A DNA stretch of 64,000 nucleotides, taken from positions 20,832,001 to 20,896,000 of the forward strand of contig NW_027266272.1 of NCBI RefSeq assembly GCF_022045235.1. The letters are read 5' to 3'. How positions within the stretch are numbered: the first letter of the stretch is position 1; the number at the start of each line of letters is the position of its first letter. This document shows positions 25,626 through 38,925 of the stretch, piece after piece. Made by a program: the position numbers and the translations under genes. The notes under the pieces were generated by a model, which searched no databases, was not told the origin of the DNA, and saw nothing but the letters and a program-made list of their open reading frames with translations. This DNA comes from Haliotis cracherodii (lineage: Eukaryota).

Positions 25626-26863
25626 ATGGCAATCATGCTGCTCTTCACAATCTGTAATCTGGTGATTGGTGTTGTGTCTATCGAGTCAGCCAGACACTCC
25701 ACTGGTGAATTCCGCCTCTACAATGACATCATCTGGAACAACAACCCAAACGAGAGGCCCGTCTACAACAAATCCGAAACTATAACAGTTGAATTTGACT
25801 TTCATCTTCACACAGTGAGCCGATACATTGAGTCTCAACAACAGCTCCTATGCACAGGTTGGTTTGTTGTGACGTGGTCTGATCAGTTTCTCAACTGGAA
25901 TTCTGAGATGTATGACGGAGTTGAGTTTATCAGACCCCCAGATAGCTACGTGTGGAAACCTGATATTGTTGTGTCCAATTCCTTCAGACAACTCAACCAC
26001 GTTGGAGGAGATTTCGTGCCTTTAAAAGTGTCCTCTTATGGACACGTGCAGTGGATGACAGGAGACTTATTCTACCTGCATTGTGAAACGGACGTTCTAA
26101 TGTATCCATTTGATAGCCTGAAGTGTTCCATGGAGATTGTCGTCTGGTCATATTCGACGTCAGAAGTTGACCTGAAAGTCCGCCAGTCAGTAGCTGGAAT
26201 ATCTAGTTCAAACATAGGCGGTCAGTGGAAACTAAAACCAACATCAATCACAGCCAAGGAAAAGACCTTTGACAACAAGCCAATATCACATGTGCTTATT
26301 ACGCTTACACTGGACAGACGCCCTGTGCATTTTGTCTTCAACTTCATCCTCCCTGTGTTGATCCTGTCGGTCCTGGGGACATTTGTGTTTCTCATTCCAG
26401 CAGATACAGGAGAAAAAATATCCTTTGCCATAACGATTCCTCTGTCATATGGGTCTACTTGGGCTTTCTCACAGACATGATACCCCAGAGCTCCCAGGGT
26501 ATATCGCCCTTCATCATCATCCTTGGACTCACACTTACAATGTCTGCAGTATTTGTCATCGTCAGCATCTTCAGTGTCCGGTTCTGTGGACAGAGTGAAT
26601 CGAAACCCATTCGTAAAACATTACAAAGATTCACAATTTGGGTCGAAAAGGTCGATGCATTTGGCCGGTTTGGAAACCGTGACAAACCTGCAATTGAGGA
26701 ATCTGGACGGTTACAAGAGCTCCAGGCTAAGACTACTCAGCCCGTCACATGGGAACGAGTGAGCAAAGCACTGGATTTGTTTTTCTTCTGGGTGCTGTGT
26801 ATCCCTTTACTTTTGAGAATTCCAATAACACTGATATACATCGGCTTGAACTTGGGTTTCTAG
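25626..26863 (+). pseudogene. nAChR-like subunit type B1, 1-bp frameshift in M2
   Basis: ORFs 25626-26480 and 26459-26863 together match B2/B3; tatGGGtc at 26451 versus tatGGGGtc in B2/B3. Could be a homopolymer assembly error. Confidence 0.85.
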
Positions 26864-28107
26864 GTTATGAATCATTGATGGCGTGTGTTTAAAGCTATTA
26901 TATGTTGTCTCTCGTATTGATCAGTTCGAGTAGTAAATGTGTCTTTCCTTCTGAATGTATTCTCTCTTAAGGAGAGTGCCAAACAGTGTTATATATGACG
27001 TGGATCTTTTCAAATTTTACGCATCAATCACCACAAAGATGTCTGAAGCAATTCCCTATTTAAACAGGAACTAGATGTTCCTGTGTTTATTCAGGTGAAC
27101 ACTTGACTTGCCTTTACGCGTGTGACGTGAGCAACCGGAGGGACAGGATACGGTCGCATTTTCGCAAACACCTGGATTCATCTATTTGATAGTGATTCAA
27201 GAATGATGAAGTCAGAATCGTGCAATGGACATATATTTATAAAAGTCATTTGAGGAATTTATGACAATATGAGTTGCTTTTAATGTGATGCTTTCAGTGA
27301 ATAAAGATGTTGCAATTTATGATTATCGATTAATTAAAGAAAATAAGTCAAACTCATGTGTTTTGCAGGCAAACCAGTCGCTGAAGGAGCAAAAAACCAT
27401 TTCTCAGGCACCCAGGAATGATTTTCAGAGATTGTGCCGATGCAGAAAATATTACCACGGTCTTCGGCGTGACGAGTTAACGCCTTAATCATTAAGCTAC
27501 CCTGGAAAGGCGTTGGTCCCGCGTATGATGACGTCACTGGCCAACGACAGACTTAGATTTGCTTTCATGTGAGATATCAGGTATCGTTAGGAGATTCTGA
27601 ACACGTTCATTGATTTTCAAAGTGCAAAAAGTAAACAGGTAACGATGTTTACACAGTCTGCAAAGATTTTTTACAGCTTGAAGGGTGTCTTTTAAAATGG
27701 CTGACAGTAACAAAGTCCACTATGAAACTGGCATACATCCCGACTAGTACAAGCAGCCACGCAGGCCGCAAAATAAGTGAAGTAAGCTTGAACCCACCTC
27801 ACCTCATGTCAAGATTTCCTTTATAATTTCATTTGCAGTAAGCATAAAGAGTAAAAATGTATAAGTACAAAGCATTCTTGTTATTAAATGTTACTCCCCA
27901 AGGAAAGACTAGTTTGTAGAACGTAATGAGAACACTTGACTATCACAGCAAAAACACGTTGGTTTTTCTTCGATGCGCTGACGCTCGGCATTAAGAGGGT
28001 AATACAAGGATTAGCCGGCTCGGAGTCAGTATACTGTGTCTGAGTGGGGGATAAACGTTAAACTGCGCCATGATGAATCAGTATGATTGCACTATAAAGC
28101 CTACTAG

Positions 28108-28171
28108 TACACACACACACACACACATACACACACACTCACCACACACCACACACCACACACACACACAT
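28108..28171. repeat. (CA)n microsatellite at a SINE tail; also at 38886-38932 and 50052-50090
   Basis: Visible dinucleotide run. Confidence 0.9.
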
Positions 28172-28829
28172 ATGCACTAATCTTTGTTTCAACAAAGAAT
28201 TAGCCCCAACACAAACCAAAGATAACATATTTCACAAAAACTATTTTGAGGTTCATATGGACTGTTATTATCATTTCAAAATTGTTGAAAAAGAGTTCCA
28301 TTCTTCGAACAGACAAACGTGACTTACAGTTTGAATGCACAATTGTTTCACTCTGTACAGTACAAAATTGAGTATCACACCCGAACCTGTTCACGTATCA
28401 CAAAAACATTTACAAAGATTTTGAGGGAGAAGAAATACTTCACACAATGTTTTAAGGATCTTTCAGACAGAATTCATTTGAGCATTATCAGAATACAGCG
28501 CCTCGCAAACATAAGATCTTAGCAATAATGTACTCACACAATGCATTCGATTATGTGCAACTGCTTCGAAAGCAGTCTTTTTATTATATTTGTTTCTTTG
28601 TTTGTTGTAAATAACCGAGTCTGAACCATGCAATCCAATGACTGACATTATGAGCATCGATTAACACAATTTGGATGGTGGCATGCGAGACTAACCACAC
28701 GATCATGTCAATCATCTCAAATGGCAAGCACAGGTTGCTGAAGACCAATTCTAACTTGGATCTTCATGGGTATTTTGAATGTATTATCACTGGAATAGGG
28801 CCTTTGGTGGTGAACTCTATATTGAAGTA

Positions 28830-29093
28830 CTCAGTTGTAAGACAAATGTTCTTAACTATTTTAGCAGAAATATTGACGCCATAAGCTGGATCTGATTGCA
28901 TATTCGTTAAGATAAAGCCGAAATCCAAAGCTGGAAAATCGAAATCATCCCTTTTGTCATACAGCGGGTTACACAGGTTGCCATGGTTTTGACTGCCTAT
29001 GTACAAGGTGCTTAGGACACGTTGATTGGTTTTAGATTCACAAGTGATCACAACATTTAATAGTGGATGCGCGTAGAAGCCTCTAATAAACAC
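28830..29093 (-). mobile_element. Penelope-like RT C-terminal fragment; also at ~40170-40430 and 51638-51880
   Basis: LYDKRDDFDF...F....N.QSDPAYGV.IS matches the YDKRDDF.F...SN.P...YGV.IS motif of Penelope-like RTs. Confidence 0.7.
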
Positions 29094-29881
29094 CTCAGAA
29101 GGAAATTGAATGATTCTGACAGATTACGACTTCTCATGATCAATCACAGAGTATTTAATGAGGTCAACGCTCTCCATGGAAATCACTGTAAACATCCACG
29201 ATGTTACGAGACACATCAACTAATTTGTATTGTGTAACTGATGTCCCGACAACTGTTTGCATGTTGTAATTATTCATCAGTCCTAATGGCATTTGTGTAA
29301 ACCAGTGTTGCAGGTTACAGGGCCTCAGTGGTGTTTGTTATGTTATTCATCGTGGACGTGCGATACCGGGGAGGCTGCTTACACACAGTCATATCGGTTG
29401 CACCTCATCGATCTGTGTACAGGCTGATAACAGATCGGTAGGTGGCATTATCGTGGAAAGGACGTTTTTGGAGTGGAATGTTTTTACGTTTCTCACAGGA
29501 AAGATAAAACGAACTACATGTCTTTCTGCGACACGGTATCACTGTTCCATTATGACGGGTATGGATTTACAATGGACTAAGGTGTTTCAACAAGGAAATA
29601 ACTACATCTTTACCGGTAAGTTTAGTTAGCGATCAGGATACCTTTTCCACAAAGCAACCTTAGTTCTACGGCTGCCTTTATCAGTGGTAATGCATGGGCG
29701 GTACGGCTGTCTTGGTGCAAATATCTCTTTGTGGAGCATGCCCTGATGGATATTGTTTTCCTATTTGGATGTTAACTGATTGATCCAAAATACTCATATC
29801 ATTGTTAAAGGCATTGTACACGAATATTTGTACTAGCATAATTTTATAATAACGTCATTTCTATACTTTCATTTTCTTAAG

Positions 29882-30050
29882 TGGGCGGTCGGGTAACCTA
29901 GTGGTTAAAGCGTTCGCTCGTCACGCCAAAGACCCGGATTCGATTTCCGACATGGGTACATTGTGTGAAGCCCATATCTGGTGTCCCCCGCCGTGATTTT
30001 GCTGGAATATTGCTAAAAGCGGCGTAAAACCATACTCACTCACTCACTCA
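29882..30050 (+). mobile_element. tRNA-derived SINE with TSD cattttcttaa
   Basis: Same family as 4057; shared with unit 3, absent at ~18515 and ~52665. Confidence 0.9.
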
Positions 30051-30303
30051 TTTTCTTAAATAATCAGTTACGCATATGATTTCGTAGATTTGTTTAGTTA
30101 TATATTTACAACAAAAATACACGATTTTGAATCAAAGGAAATTATGTTAATTTCTTCACATATTGTGGTATTGTTTCAAATATGCAGGTAACTAGACAAA
30201 TCTCTAACATATTGTTTAAACACAATTTGGTTGGCTGACGGGACAGTCTCTTGAAAAGAAGTATGATTAAATATAACGTATCTATTACCCTTAACATTCA
30301 TTA

Positions 30304-31263
30304 TGAATTCCTTAATTACATACGTACATTTACAATTATAGGATTGTGTGAAACCTGGCTAAAAGCTTGCGACTTTTCAAAGGAGTTCTCTGAATATGTT
30401 TACTTTAATGTTGATGCTTGCCAAATCTCCAAACAAGGTAGGCTATCCGGTGGTATTACATTGTTAATAAAAAACACACTTTCAAAATCCATTTTATGGT
30501 CAAAAATATGTGACAACTGTGTTTTCATTTTGCTAAAGAAATCTGTATTTAATAATGCTAAGGACACTCTTATAGGTTGTGTATACATCAATCCAGAGAA
30601 GTCAAATTGGTATGTCAATAAAGCTGACAAGTGCGGCGTATCTATACTCCAGGATGCGTTAATATATGTACTTCAACAAGTGGGGAACGTCTCTATCCTC
30701 CTCGGGGGCGACTTCAACGCCCGCACTGGAACAGACTTTGATTTTGTTGAGGACGATATAATGAGAGCTCTGCAAATTGACAAGTGTCATTTTCTCTGTG
30801 AGGGTATTTGCACACAGCGATTTTCATCCGATAAGACTGTGAACAAATTTGGGCGAATTTTGCTTCATATGTGTGCTTCTCTAAACTTGACTATACTTAA
30901 TGGTCGTTGTGGATCTGATGCCAGTGTGGGAGATTTTACGTTTATGTCCCCTACAGGCACAAGCGTTATTGACTATGTTATCACAACAAGTGATTTGTTT
31001 ACATTGTGTAAGAATTTTAACATCGGATCTCGGATCGAGTCTCCGCACGCGCCATTCAGTTGTACTTTTCAGTCACGTGATACTGAAATTGACAATGCTA
31101 TGTCGGGTGAGAATCTGAAGCCGGATGTTTTTAATAGGAAAAAGGATAATGTTTCGTTACAAGCCTATTCACTGCAGCGTAAAACATATAAGGATACCGT
31201 TGGGTGTAAGAAAAGAGCTACCACTTTTTGTGAATAAACAATATATTCATTCAACATTCATTA
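30304..31263 (+). mobile_element. Internally deleted LINE (CR1/L2-group-like) carrying an APE endonuclease domain
   Basis: GLCETW, SGG, VYINP, GGDFNART, LNG, SVIDY and SPH motifs; AATAAA plus ATTC-type tail; flanked by aacattcatta direct repeats. Confidence 0.85.
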
Positions 31264-32405
31264 AGCCATTTAGATACAGACTACATCCGTGGTCTAGTGG
31301 AAAGAGAGTCTGCCCGGAGAACGAAAGGTCGGTAGTTCGACGCCCGCCTACATCATGCGAAAAGACGTTTAAAGATAGTAGTTCTTTTTACCCTGCCTGG
31401 TCGGCTGAGATTCAGTATACTGTGTCTTAGTGGGGTATCAATGATACATTGTGGCGTGCTATCTGTGTGGACTAGAACTACACAAGCGGCATTCGTACTG
31501 ACCGTCAACGACAAACACGCACGCATGCACTCACACACACGCGCACACACACATGCACGTCGCGGCGTAAGTGTGTTAGTGTAAAAAGAAGCACTATCTT
31601 TTAACGTCTTTTCGTATGACGCATAATCACCTCACCTCACCTCACCTCACCATGTATTGTCAGCAGCGGTATGAAACTTGCAAACAGTTATTTGGCCATC
31701 TGCATGTAGCTATAAAGATACAAAATATACATACATAGTACCCATTTAAATGTACATATTTTGTACACGGAAAGGGTCAAAATATCAGCTACCATTCACA
31801 CTATTACTATTATATGTAAACCAAATTCAATTCAATATGCCATATGCAAAACACAGATTCAGTTTGAAAATCGGACTAATTGATCGACATTACAATGACT
31901 CATTACACACAAGAAATTCCGCCGTGAAGAACCGGGCTGGAATCAGTCAGCAGCAGGTAAAGTCATCGGGTGGTCCAGCTAACTAAATTGGTTGATGCAT
32001 TTCATCAGATACCAATTATTACGATCGATGCTTATGATGTCAATCACTGGATTGTCTGGTTCAGACTCGATAGTTAAGAGCTTGAATGTTGCTGAGCGCG
32101 GAGGTAAACAACAAACAGATAAAATCAAAAGACTAAAAATATATTATATGTGCCCAAACATGGTCAGCATGTTATAAAATTTCAGAATTGATAAACACTC
32201 TCATACCACAAAACCAGATTTGTTTGCATATATTCAGAAAGAATTACTTAATTATTTTTTATATTAATTTCAGGTGAGACACTAGAAGCACTTTTGACCA
32301 AAGTCAGTGTGTTTCATCGGCTGGTCCCAGAATTGAGAACAGGCAGCCAAGTGTGCTGAACATTAAGCTGTCATCGCAGAGGAAGAAGATAAGGGCTGAT
32401 GCTAT

Positions 32406-33395
32406 ATGACCATGATGTCGCCAATTTTGTTAATTCTAGCCTGTGGTTTTGTGTCTGTTGAGACACAACCCCCAGATAGCTACATCTGGATACCTGATCT
32501 TGTTGTGTCCAGTTCCTTCCAACAACTCGACCGCCTTGGAGGAGATTTCGTGTCTCTGAAACTATTTTCAAATGGACATATACAGTGGATGCCTGGGGAT
32601 TTATTCTACCTGCCATGTAGTGTGGATGTTGAGTTGTACCCATTTGATAGCCTGAAGTGTTCTATGGACCTGGTTGTGTGGTCACACTTAGTGACAGAAG
32701 TTGACCTGGAACCACGGCAATCTCGTGCTGGAGTGTCCAGTTCCAATATACGGGGTCAGTGGAGTTTGACGCCAGCCCTTATCATTTCGTTGAAAAAACA
32801 TTCTGACAACAAAACAATGCCAACAGTGAAAATTACACTCATTCTAGAAAGACTCCCAACCAATTTTGTCTTTAACTTTATCCTTCCCGTCATGATTCTC
32901 TCTCTTCTAGGAACGTTTGTGTTCCTCATTCCAGCAGATTCAGGAGAAAAAGTATCATTTGCCATCACAATTCCTCTTTCTTATGGTGTCTACATGGGAT
33001 TTCTAACAAACATGGTACCACAAAGTTCCGAGGGTGTGTCCACCTTTATCATTTTCCTTGGAATCACGCTATCATTGTCTGCGTTATTTGTCATCCTCAG
33101 CATATTCAGTGTCAGGATCTCAGCACGCAGTAATTCACGACCCGTTCCTAAAGCATTCCAAAGAATCACCGTCTGGGTTGAACATGTTAAAAACTGTGGT
33201 CGACAAAGAAGGTTGCATCCTAACCATATCTCTGAGGACACAGAACAATCAGATGAGTGCGAGGCTAAGGAACATATTCAAGTAATGACGTGGAATCGAG
33301 TGAGCTCGGCTCTGGATCTGTTTTTCTTCTGGGTGTTGTGTATACCTTTGTTGATAGCGATTCCAGTACTGTTGGTGTCCATAGCAGTGCTTTAA
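32406..33395 (+). CDS. nAChR-like subunit type A2: chimeric, in-frame deletion of 82 extracellular codons (possibly non-functional)
   Basis: ETQ joins directly to PPDSY; 246 bp missing relative to A3 (43347-43592); Cys-loop and M1-M4 intact. Confidence 0.8.
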   Translation: MTMMSPILLILACGFVSVETQPPDSYIWIPDLVVSSSFQQLDRLGGDFVSLKLFSNGHIQWMPGDLFYLPCSVDVELYPFDSLKCSMDLVVWSHLVTEVDLEPRQSRAGVSSSNIRGQWSLTPALIISLKKHSDNKTMPTVKITLILERLPTNFVFNFILPVMILSLLGTFVFLIPADSGEKVSFAITIPLSYGVYMGFLTNMVPQSSEGVSTFIIFLGITLSLSALFVILSIFSVRISARSNSRPVPKAFQRITVWVEHVKNCGRQRRLHPNHISEDTEQSDECEAKEHIQVMTWNRVSSALDLFFFWVLCIPLLIAIPVLLVSIAVL

Positions 33396-36300
33396 TGACA
33401 AAATATTTCTTCCGAACCATCAATTGTATATGTCGTATTTAGTAGAATAGGTTATAGTAATTCTCTGAGAAAAATATTCATTGTGAATTGTGTGTGGAAA
33501 TAACTGACAGTGTCTTTATTTTTGTGTGACTTTAGTATGCTCTATTATGATGTGCCATCTGAAATACAAAACGTTATCACCAGAGAGTAACCAGTCTCGA
33601 TTATCCGCCAAAACAGATTCCTTTCCGCACAAAAGCCAAAACAGCAGTGAAAGCTATATGAATGAATCACTGCAAATCAGTGATGACTCTAGTTTTTCGC
33701 GCCCCGAAACTCAAAACTGTATGGTCTGTTCTCCAATGATGGCACGGACGAGGACATAAGAACTCATCTAAATCAGATTAGACTAGCAAAAGCTATCATC
33801 TGTCGCAGGAGAAGAATCAGTTTTCAGCCCTCGCAATTGGGAGAGACATTGGGGGACGCTGGTTGTCAAGTCATAGTTGAGAGAACAAAGCAAAGTGACG
33901 CAGGTCTCTGACAGTTTTGTGTGTGTGAAGCCCAAAGGAGAGCGGGTACAGTCTGAAAAACTAAGGATCATATTCAGTGCAAATCTTGGATTTGACCCGA
34001 CGATAATAGGATCCTTGGACGTAACAACTTGGGCACCCGTGCACCGTTGATCGAATCCAAGCTTGACCAGAGTGTTAAACGACTATGACCGTGCACTATG
34101 GATGGTGCACTCTCTGGCTTTGGTTTATGCAATACATTTTGTGTCAATAAATGAAGAAGGACGAATCAAAAGTCATGCCTACCGAGCAGAAACAGTGTTC
34201 AAATGAAGTAATGCCATAAAGTGACATGAATAATGAATAAGATTTTAACTGACCATTCAGCATTGAAAATTGCTAAAATTCCATGTGCAATTAGCATATA
34301 ATTATCATGACAACCGAGTCCACAACTCACAATATTATGTTATTTTTATGTGTGCAGTTAGACACATGCTTTAAGGTGACACTAGGGCACATGTGTTTAT
34401 CTTGAAGGCAGCAACGTCTGCAACTGCCACCAACCAAAGATTCCTTGGTTTCCACAGATGTTAAACAGAGTTGGTGCCAATTTCTAATCTTGCTGCACAG
34501 TGGAATCGGTGATAACATGAATTAGCAGTTAATACAACTGACTTAAGAGGTGCGTTATTGACGGTTATTGACTGCTGTGACGTGCTCGGGCTCTGTGCCC
34601 ATGTTTACATTGCACTTTCTAGAGCATGTAAATTGTAAATGAACTGCTGAAGTAGTTGGACGCACAAAACACTCGTTCCTGTTATGTTTCATTGTGAAAT
34701 GTTAGGACCCTGCAACTTCGAGTTTTGACATTCTGAACAGTCCAAGCTGTTGTGTGCAAACAGAACAGGGTTGGTATTTATGAGCGGATTTTGGGGACGT
34801 AAATCATTGTGCTTGTTGATAGCAGACTGTTCGTTGGGATTAACGCAGCTGTGCATGTCCAACTGTTTCCATGACTTGACATTGTCCATCTGAAAGGTTG
34901 AGATGTGTGGGGGTGAAAGACAAACATAATGGTAATGATCTGAACTCATTTACGGAAGACCGGTAAGTAACATACTTGTGTATGCCATTTCACAGGAATG
35001 TGACCCTTTCTATTTATCTTACTTTATTTAATATATCACTGAGAGGTGGCACATGTTTTAGCTTATCTGCAAATTCGTAAGTGGGTTGTTATCACGTTGC
35101 ACTCTGCTTTTAGAAGATATTTCTTATGAATATGGGAATGGTTTTGTCTCTTTTATCTATTTCCGTATTAGAACGACCAGTTTCTCGTCACATGACCTCA
35201 CTCATCCAATGTTACATTTTTGTTTCAATATTTCCGTCAGAAATGGATATTGTCTGTCAAAAATGTATTTGACATATACTTTGAATAAAGTAGTGTCTGG
35301 AAATCTGTATTTTGTAATTATAATGCCCACCAACAATTATTGAGATATTTCTTTTCGACAAATATTTAGGTATGCGGTGATCAAACTGAAACAGTCATGC
35401 AGGGCAATGTCTTTTTGAATAACCAGAACGCTGATTAGGTAAGAATTCGGATTAACTTATTAAATATTTGACCAGTCACATGCCAAATGTGACGTACTGC
35501 TGAAATTGTATTTGCGATACCATTAGAATTAAATCTTAGTATAAGAATGTGGAGAATGGAGACTTCAGATGTGATGAATTAAACTTTTATCATTTTTGTC
35601 AAAATATACGATAATGTTAGGGACCCACAATTTCACTGCTTCAAAACATGGGATTAGTATTGTGTGAAAGGAGGAGCCGACATCAGGACATCTAGCATTC
35701 ACCTTATTGTTAGCTCACCTGGTCTAAAAGGGTTTTGTCGCCGCAGGTCGCCCGTCGTCTGCGTACTCAATGCAATAGTTTTACATTTTAGACATCTCCT
35801 AAATTACTTGATGGTGCAGTTAAAATTGTATTCAATAAGCACGGAATAGCCAATTCCCTTCCATTGACGCTTCCTGTTTCGCAAGAACTCGGTTTTAATC
35901 ACTATTTGATAGTAATTAATAAACACATGCTCAGGATAGTGGGAACCATACAATCAACTCTCCTTTGAGCAGATTTCTTATGGACATGAAAGGTATTTTG
36001 TCGCTCTTATTTCCCTGCATTAACCAATGAAAGAGAATGCAAATGCCATCGATTAAAAAAGCTCCTGGAAAGCAATGAATGGAATGTGGGAATACATTGT
36101 ACGAAAACATGTTGTGTATTTATTATAGGACACTAAGTCAATAATTAAAGCATCCATCGATTCTAACCCTTGTTTGTTGCAAGTGACACTAAATAGATTG
36201 GGTGTTCCTGGTCGCTGCCGCGGGTCCAGCCTCGAGATATATATATGCTGAATGCGGCGTTACACATAAAAAAATCTAACAATATCAATTTGACTATATT

Positions 36301-36407
36301 ACATTCCCTCTTATTTAATCTCTGAGACACGTGTATCTTTTCAGTATTGCAGCTCCACGGTTTCAAAAGTCTGCACTGCGAAGTTCTGCATCACCATCTG
36401 TGCAATC

Positions 36408-37637
36408 ATGCTGCTCTACACAATCTGCAATTTGGTGATTGGTGTTTTGTCCATCGAATCAGCCAGACACTCCACTGGTGAATTCCGCCTCTACAATGAC
36501 ATCATCTGGAACAACAACCCATACGAGAGGCCCGTCTACAACAAATCCGAAACTATAACAGTTGAATTTGACTTTCATCTACACACAGTGAGCCGATACA
36601 TTGAGTCTCAACAACAGCTCCTATGCACAGGGTGGTTTGTCGTGACGTGGTCTGATCAGTTTCTCACCTGGAATTCTGAGATGTATGACGGAGTTGAGTT
36701 TATCAGACCCCCAGATAGCTACGTGTGGATACCTGATCTTGTAGTGTCCAGTTCCTTCCAACAACTAAATCATATTGGAGGAGATTTTGTGCCTTTGAAA
36801 GTATCCTCTTATGGACACGTGCAGTGGATGACAGGAGACTTATTCTACCTGCATTGTGAAACGGACGTTCTGATGTATCCATTTGATAGCCTGACGTGTT
36901 CTTTGGAGATTGTCGTCTGGTCATATTCGACGTCAGAAGTTGACCTGAAAGTCCGCCAGTCAGTAGCTGGAACATCTAGATCAAACATAGGCGGTCAGTG
37001 GAAGCTAAAACCAACATCAATCACAGCCAAGGAAAAGACCTTTGACAACAAGCCAATATCACATGTGCTTATTACGCTTACACTGGACAGACGCCCTGTG
37101 CATTTTGTCTTCAACTTCATCCTCCCTGTGTTGATCCTATCCGTCCTGGGGACATTTGTGTTTCTCATTCCTGCAGATTCAGGAGAAAAGATATCCTTTG
37201 CCATAACGATTCCTCTTTCCTATGGGGTCTACATGGGCTTTCTCACAGACATGATACCCCAGAGCTCCCAGGGTATATCGCCCTTCATCATCATCCTTGG
37301 ACTCACACTTACAATGTCTGCAGTATTTGTCATCGTCAGCATCTTCAGTGTCCGGTTCTGTGGACAGAGTGAATCGAAACCCATTCGTAAAACATTACAA
37401 AGATTCACAATTTGGGTCGAAAAGGTCGATGCATTTGGCCGGTTTGGAAACCGTGACAAATCTGCAATTGAGGAATTTGGACAGTTACAAGAGCTCCAGG
37501 CTAAGACTACTCAGCCCGTCACATGGGAACGAGTGAGCAAAGCACTGGATTTGTTTTTCTTCTGGGTGCTGTGTATCCCTTTACTTTTGGGAATTCCAAT
37601 AACACTGATATACATCGGCTTGAACTTGGGTTTCTAG
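36408..37637 (+). CDS. Cys-loop nAChR-like non-alpha subunit type B2 (intact)
   Basis: 409 aa; signal peptide; Cys-loop CETDVLMYPFDSLTC; DSGEK; four TM helices; no vicinal Cys. Confidence 0.95.
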   Translation: MLLYTICNLVIGVLSIESARHSTGEFRLYNDIIWNNNPYERPVYNKSETITVEFDFHLHTVSRYIESQQQLLCTGWFVVTWSDQFLTWNSEMYDGVEFIRPPDSYVWIPDLVVSSSFQQLNHIGGDFVPLKVSSYGHVQWMTGDLFYLHCETDVLMYPFDSLTCSLEIVVWSYSTSEVDLKVRQSVAGTSRSNIGGQWKLKPTSITAKEKTFDNKPISHVLITLTLDRRPVHFVFNFILPVLILSVLGTFVFLIPADSGEKISFAITIPLSYGVYMGFLTDMIPQSSQGISPFIIILGLTLTMSAVFVIVSIFSVRFCGQSESKPIRKTLQRFTIWVEKVDAFGRFGNRDKSAIEEFGQLQELQAKTTQPVTWERVSKALDLFFFWVLCIPLLLGIPITLIYIGLNLGF

Positions 37638-38882
37638 GTTATGAATCATTGATGGCGTGTGTTTAAAGCTATTACATGTTGTCTCTCGTATAGATCAGTT
37701 CGAGTAGTAAATGTGTCTTTGCTTCTGAATGTATTCTCTCGTAAGGAGAGTGCCAAACAGTGTTATAAATGACGTGGATCTTTTCAGATTTTACGCATCA
37801 ATCACCACAAAGATGTCTGAAGCAATTCCCTATTTAAACAGGAACTAGATGTTCCTGTGTTTATTCAGGTGAACACTTGACTTGCCTTTACGCGTGTGAC
37901 GTGAGCAACCGGAGGGACAGGATACGGTCGCATTTTCGCAAACACCTGGATTCATCTATTTGATAGTGATTCAAGAATGATGAAGTCAGAATCGTGCAAT
38001 GGACATATATTTATAAAAGTCATTTGAGGAATTTATGACAATATGAGTTGCTTTTAATGTGATGTTTTCAGTGAATAAAGATGTTGCAATTTATGATTAT
38101 CGATTAATTAAAGAAAATAAGTCAAACTCATGTGTTTTGCAGCCAAACCAGTCGCTGAAGGAGCAAAAAACATTTCTCAGGCACCCAGGAATGTTTTTCA
38201 GAGATTGTGCCGATGCAGAAAATATTACCACGGTCTTCGGCGTGACGAGTTAACGCCTTAATCATTAAGCTACCCTGGAAAGGCGTTGGTCCCGCGTATA
38301 ATGACGTCACTAGCCAACGGCAGACTTAGATTGGCTGTCATGTGAGATATCAGGTATCGTTAGGAGATTCTGAACACGTTCATTGATTTTCAAAGTGCAA
38401 AAAGTAAACAGGTAACGATGTTTACACAGTCTGCAAAGATTTTTTACAGCTTGAAGGGTGTCTTTTAAAATGGCTGACAGTGACAAAGTCCACTATGAAA
38501 CTGGCATACATCCCGACTAGTACAAGCAGCCACGCAGGCCGCAAAATAAGTGAAGTTAGCTTGAACCCACCTCACCTCATGTCAAGATTTCCTTTATAAT
38601 TTCATTTGCAGTAAGCATAAAGAGTAAAAATGTATAAGTACAAAGCATTCTTGTTATTAAATGTTACTCCCCAAGGAAAGACTAGTTTGTAGAACGTAAT
38701 GAGAACACGTGACTATCACAGCACAAACACGTTGGTTTTTCTTCGATGCGCTGACGCTCGGCATTAAGAGGGTAATACAAGGATTAGCCGGCTCCGAGTC
38801 AGTATACTGTGTCTGAGTGGGGGATAAACGTTACACTGCGGCATGATGAATCCGCCTATATGATTGCACTATAAAGCCTACT

Positions 38883-38925
<43 letters not shown>

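Noticed and set aside
30251-31237. 328-aa ORF as a host nuclease gene
   Set aside because: It has a TTG start in flanking DNA, LINE-type EN motifs and a TSD, and its sister copies are disrupted.
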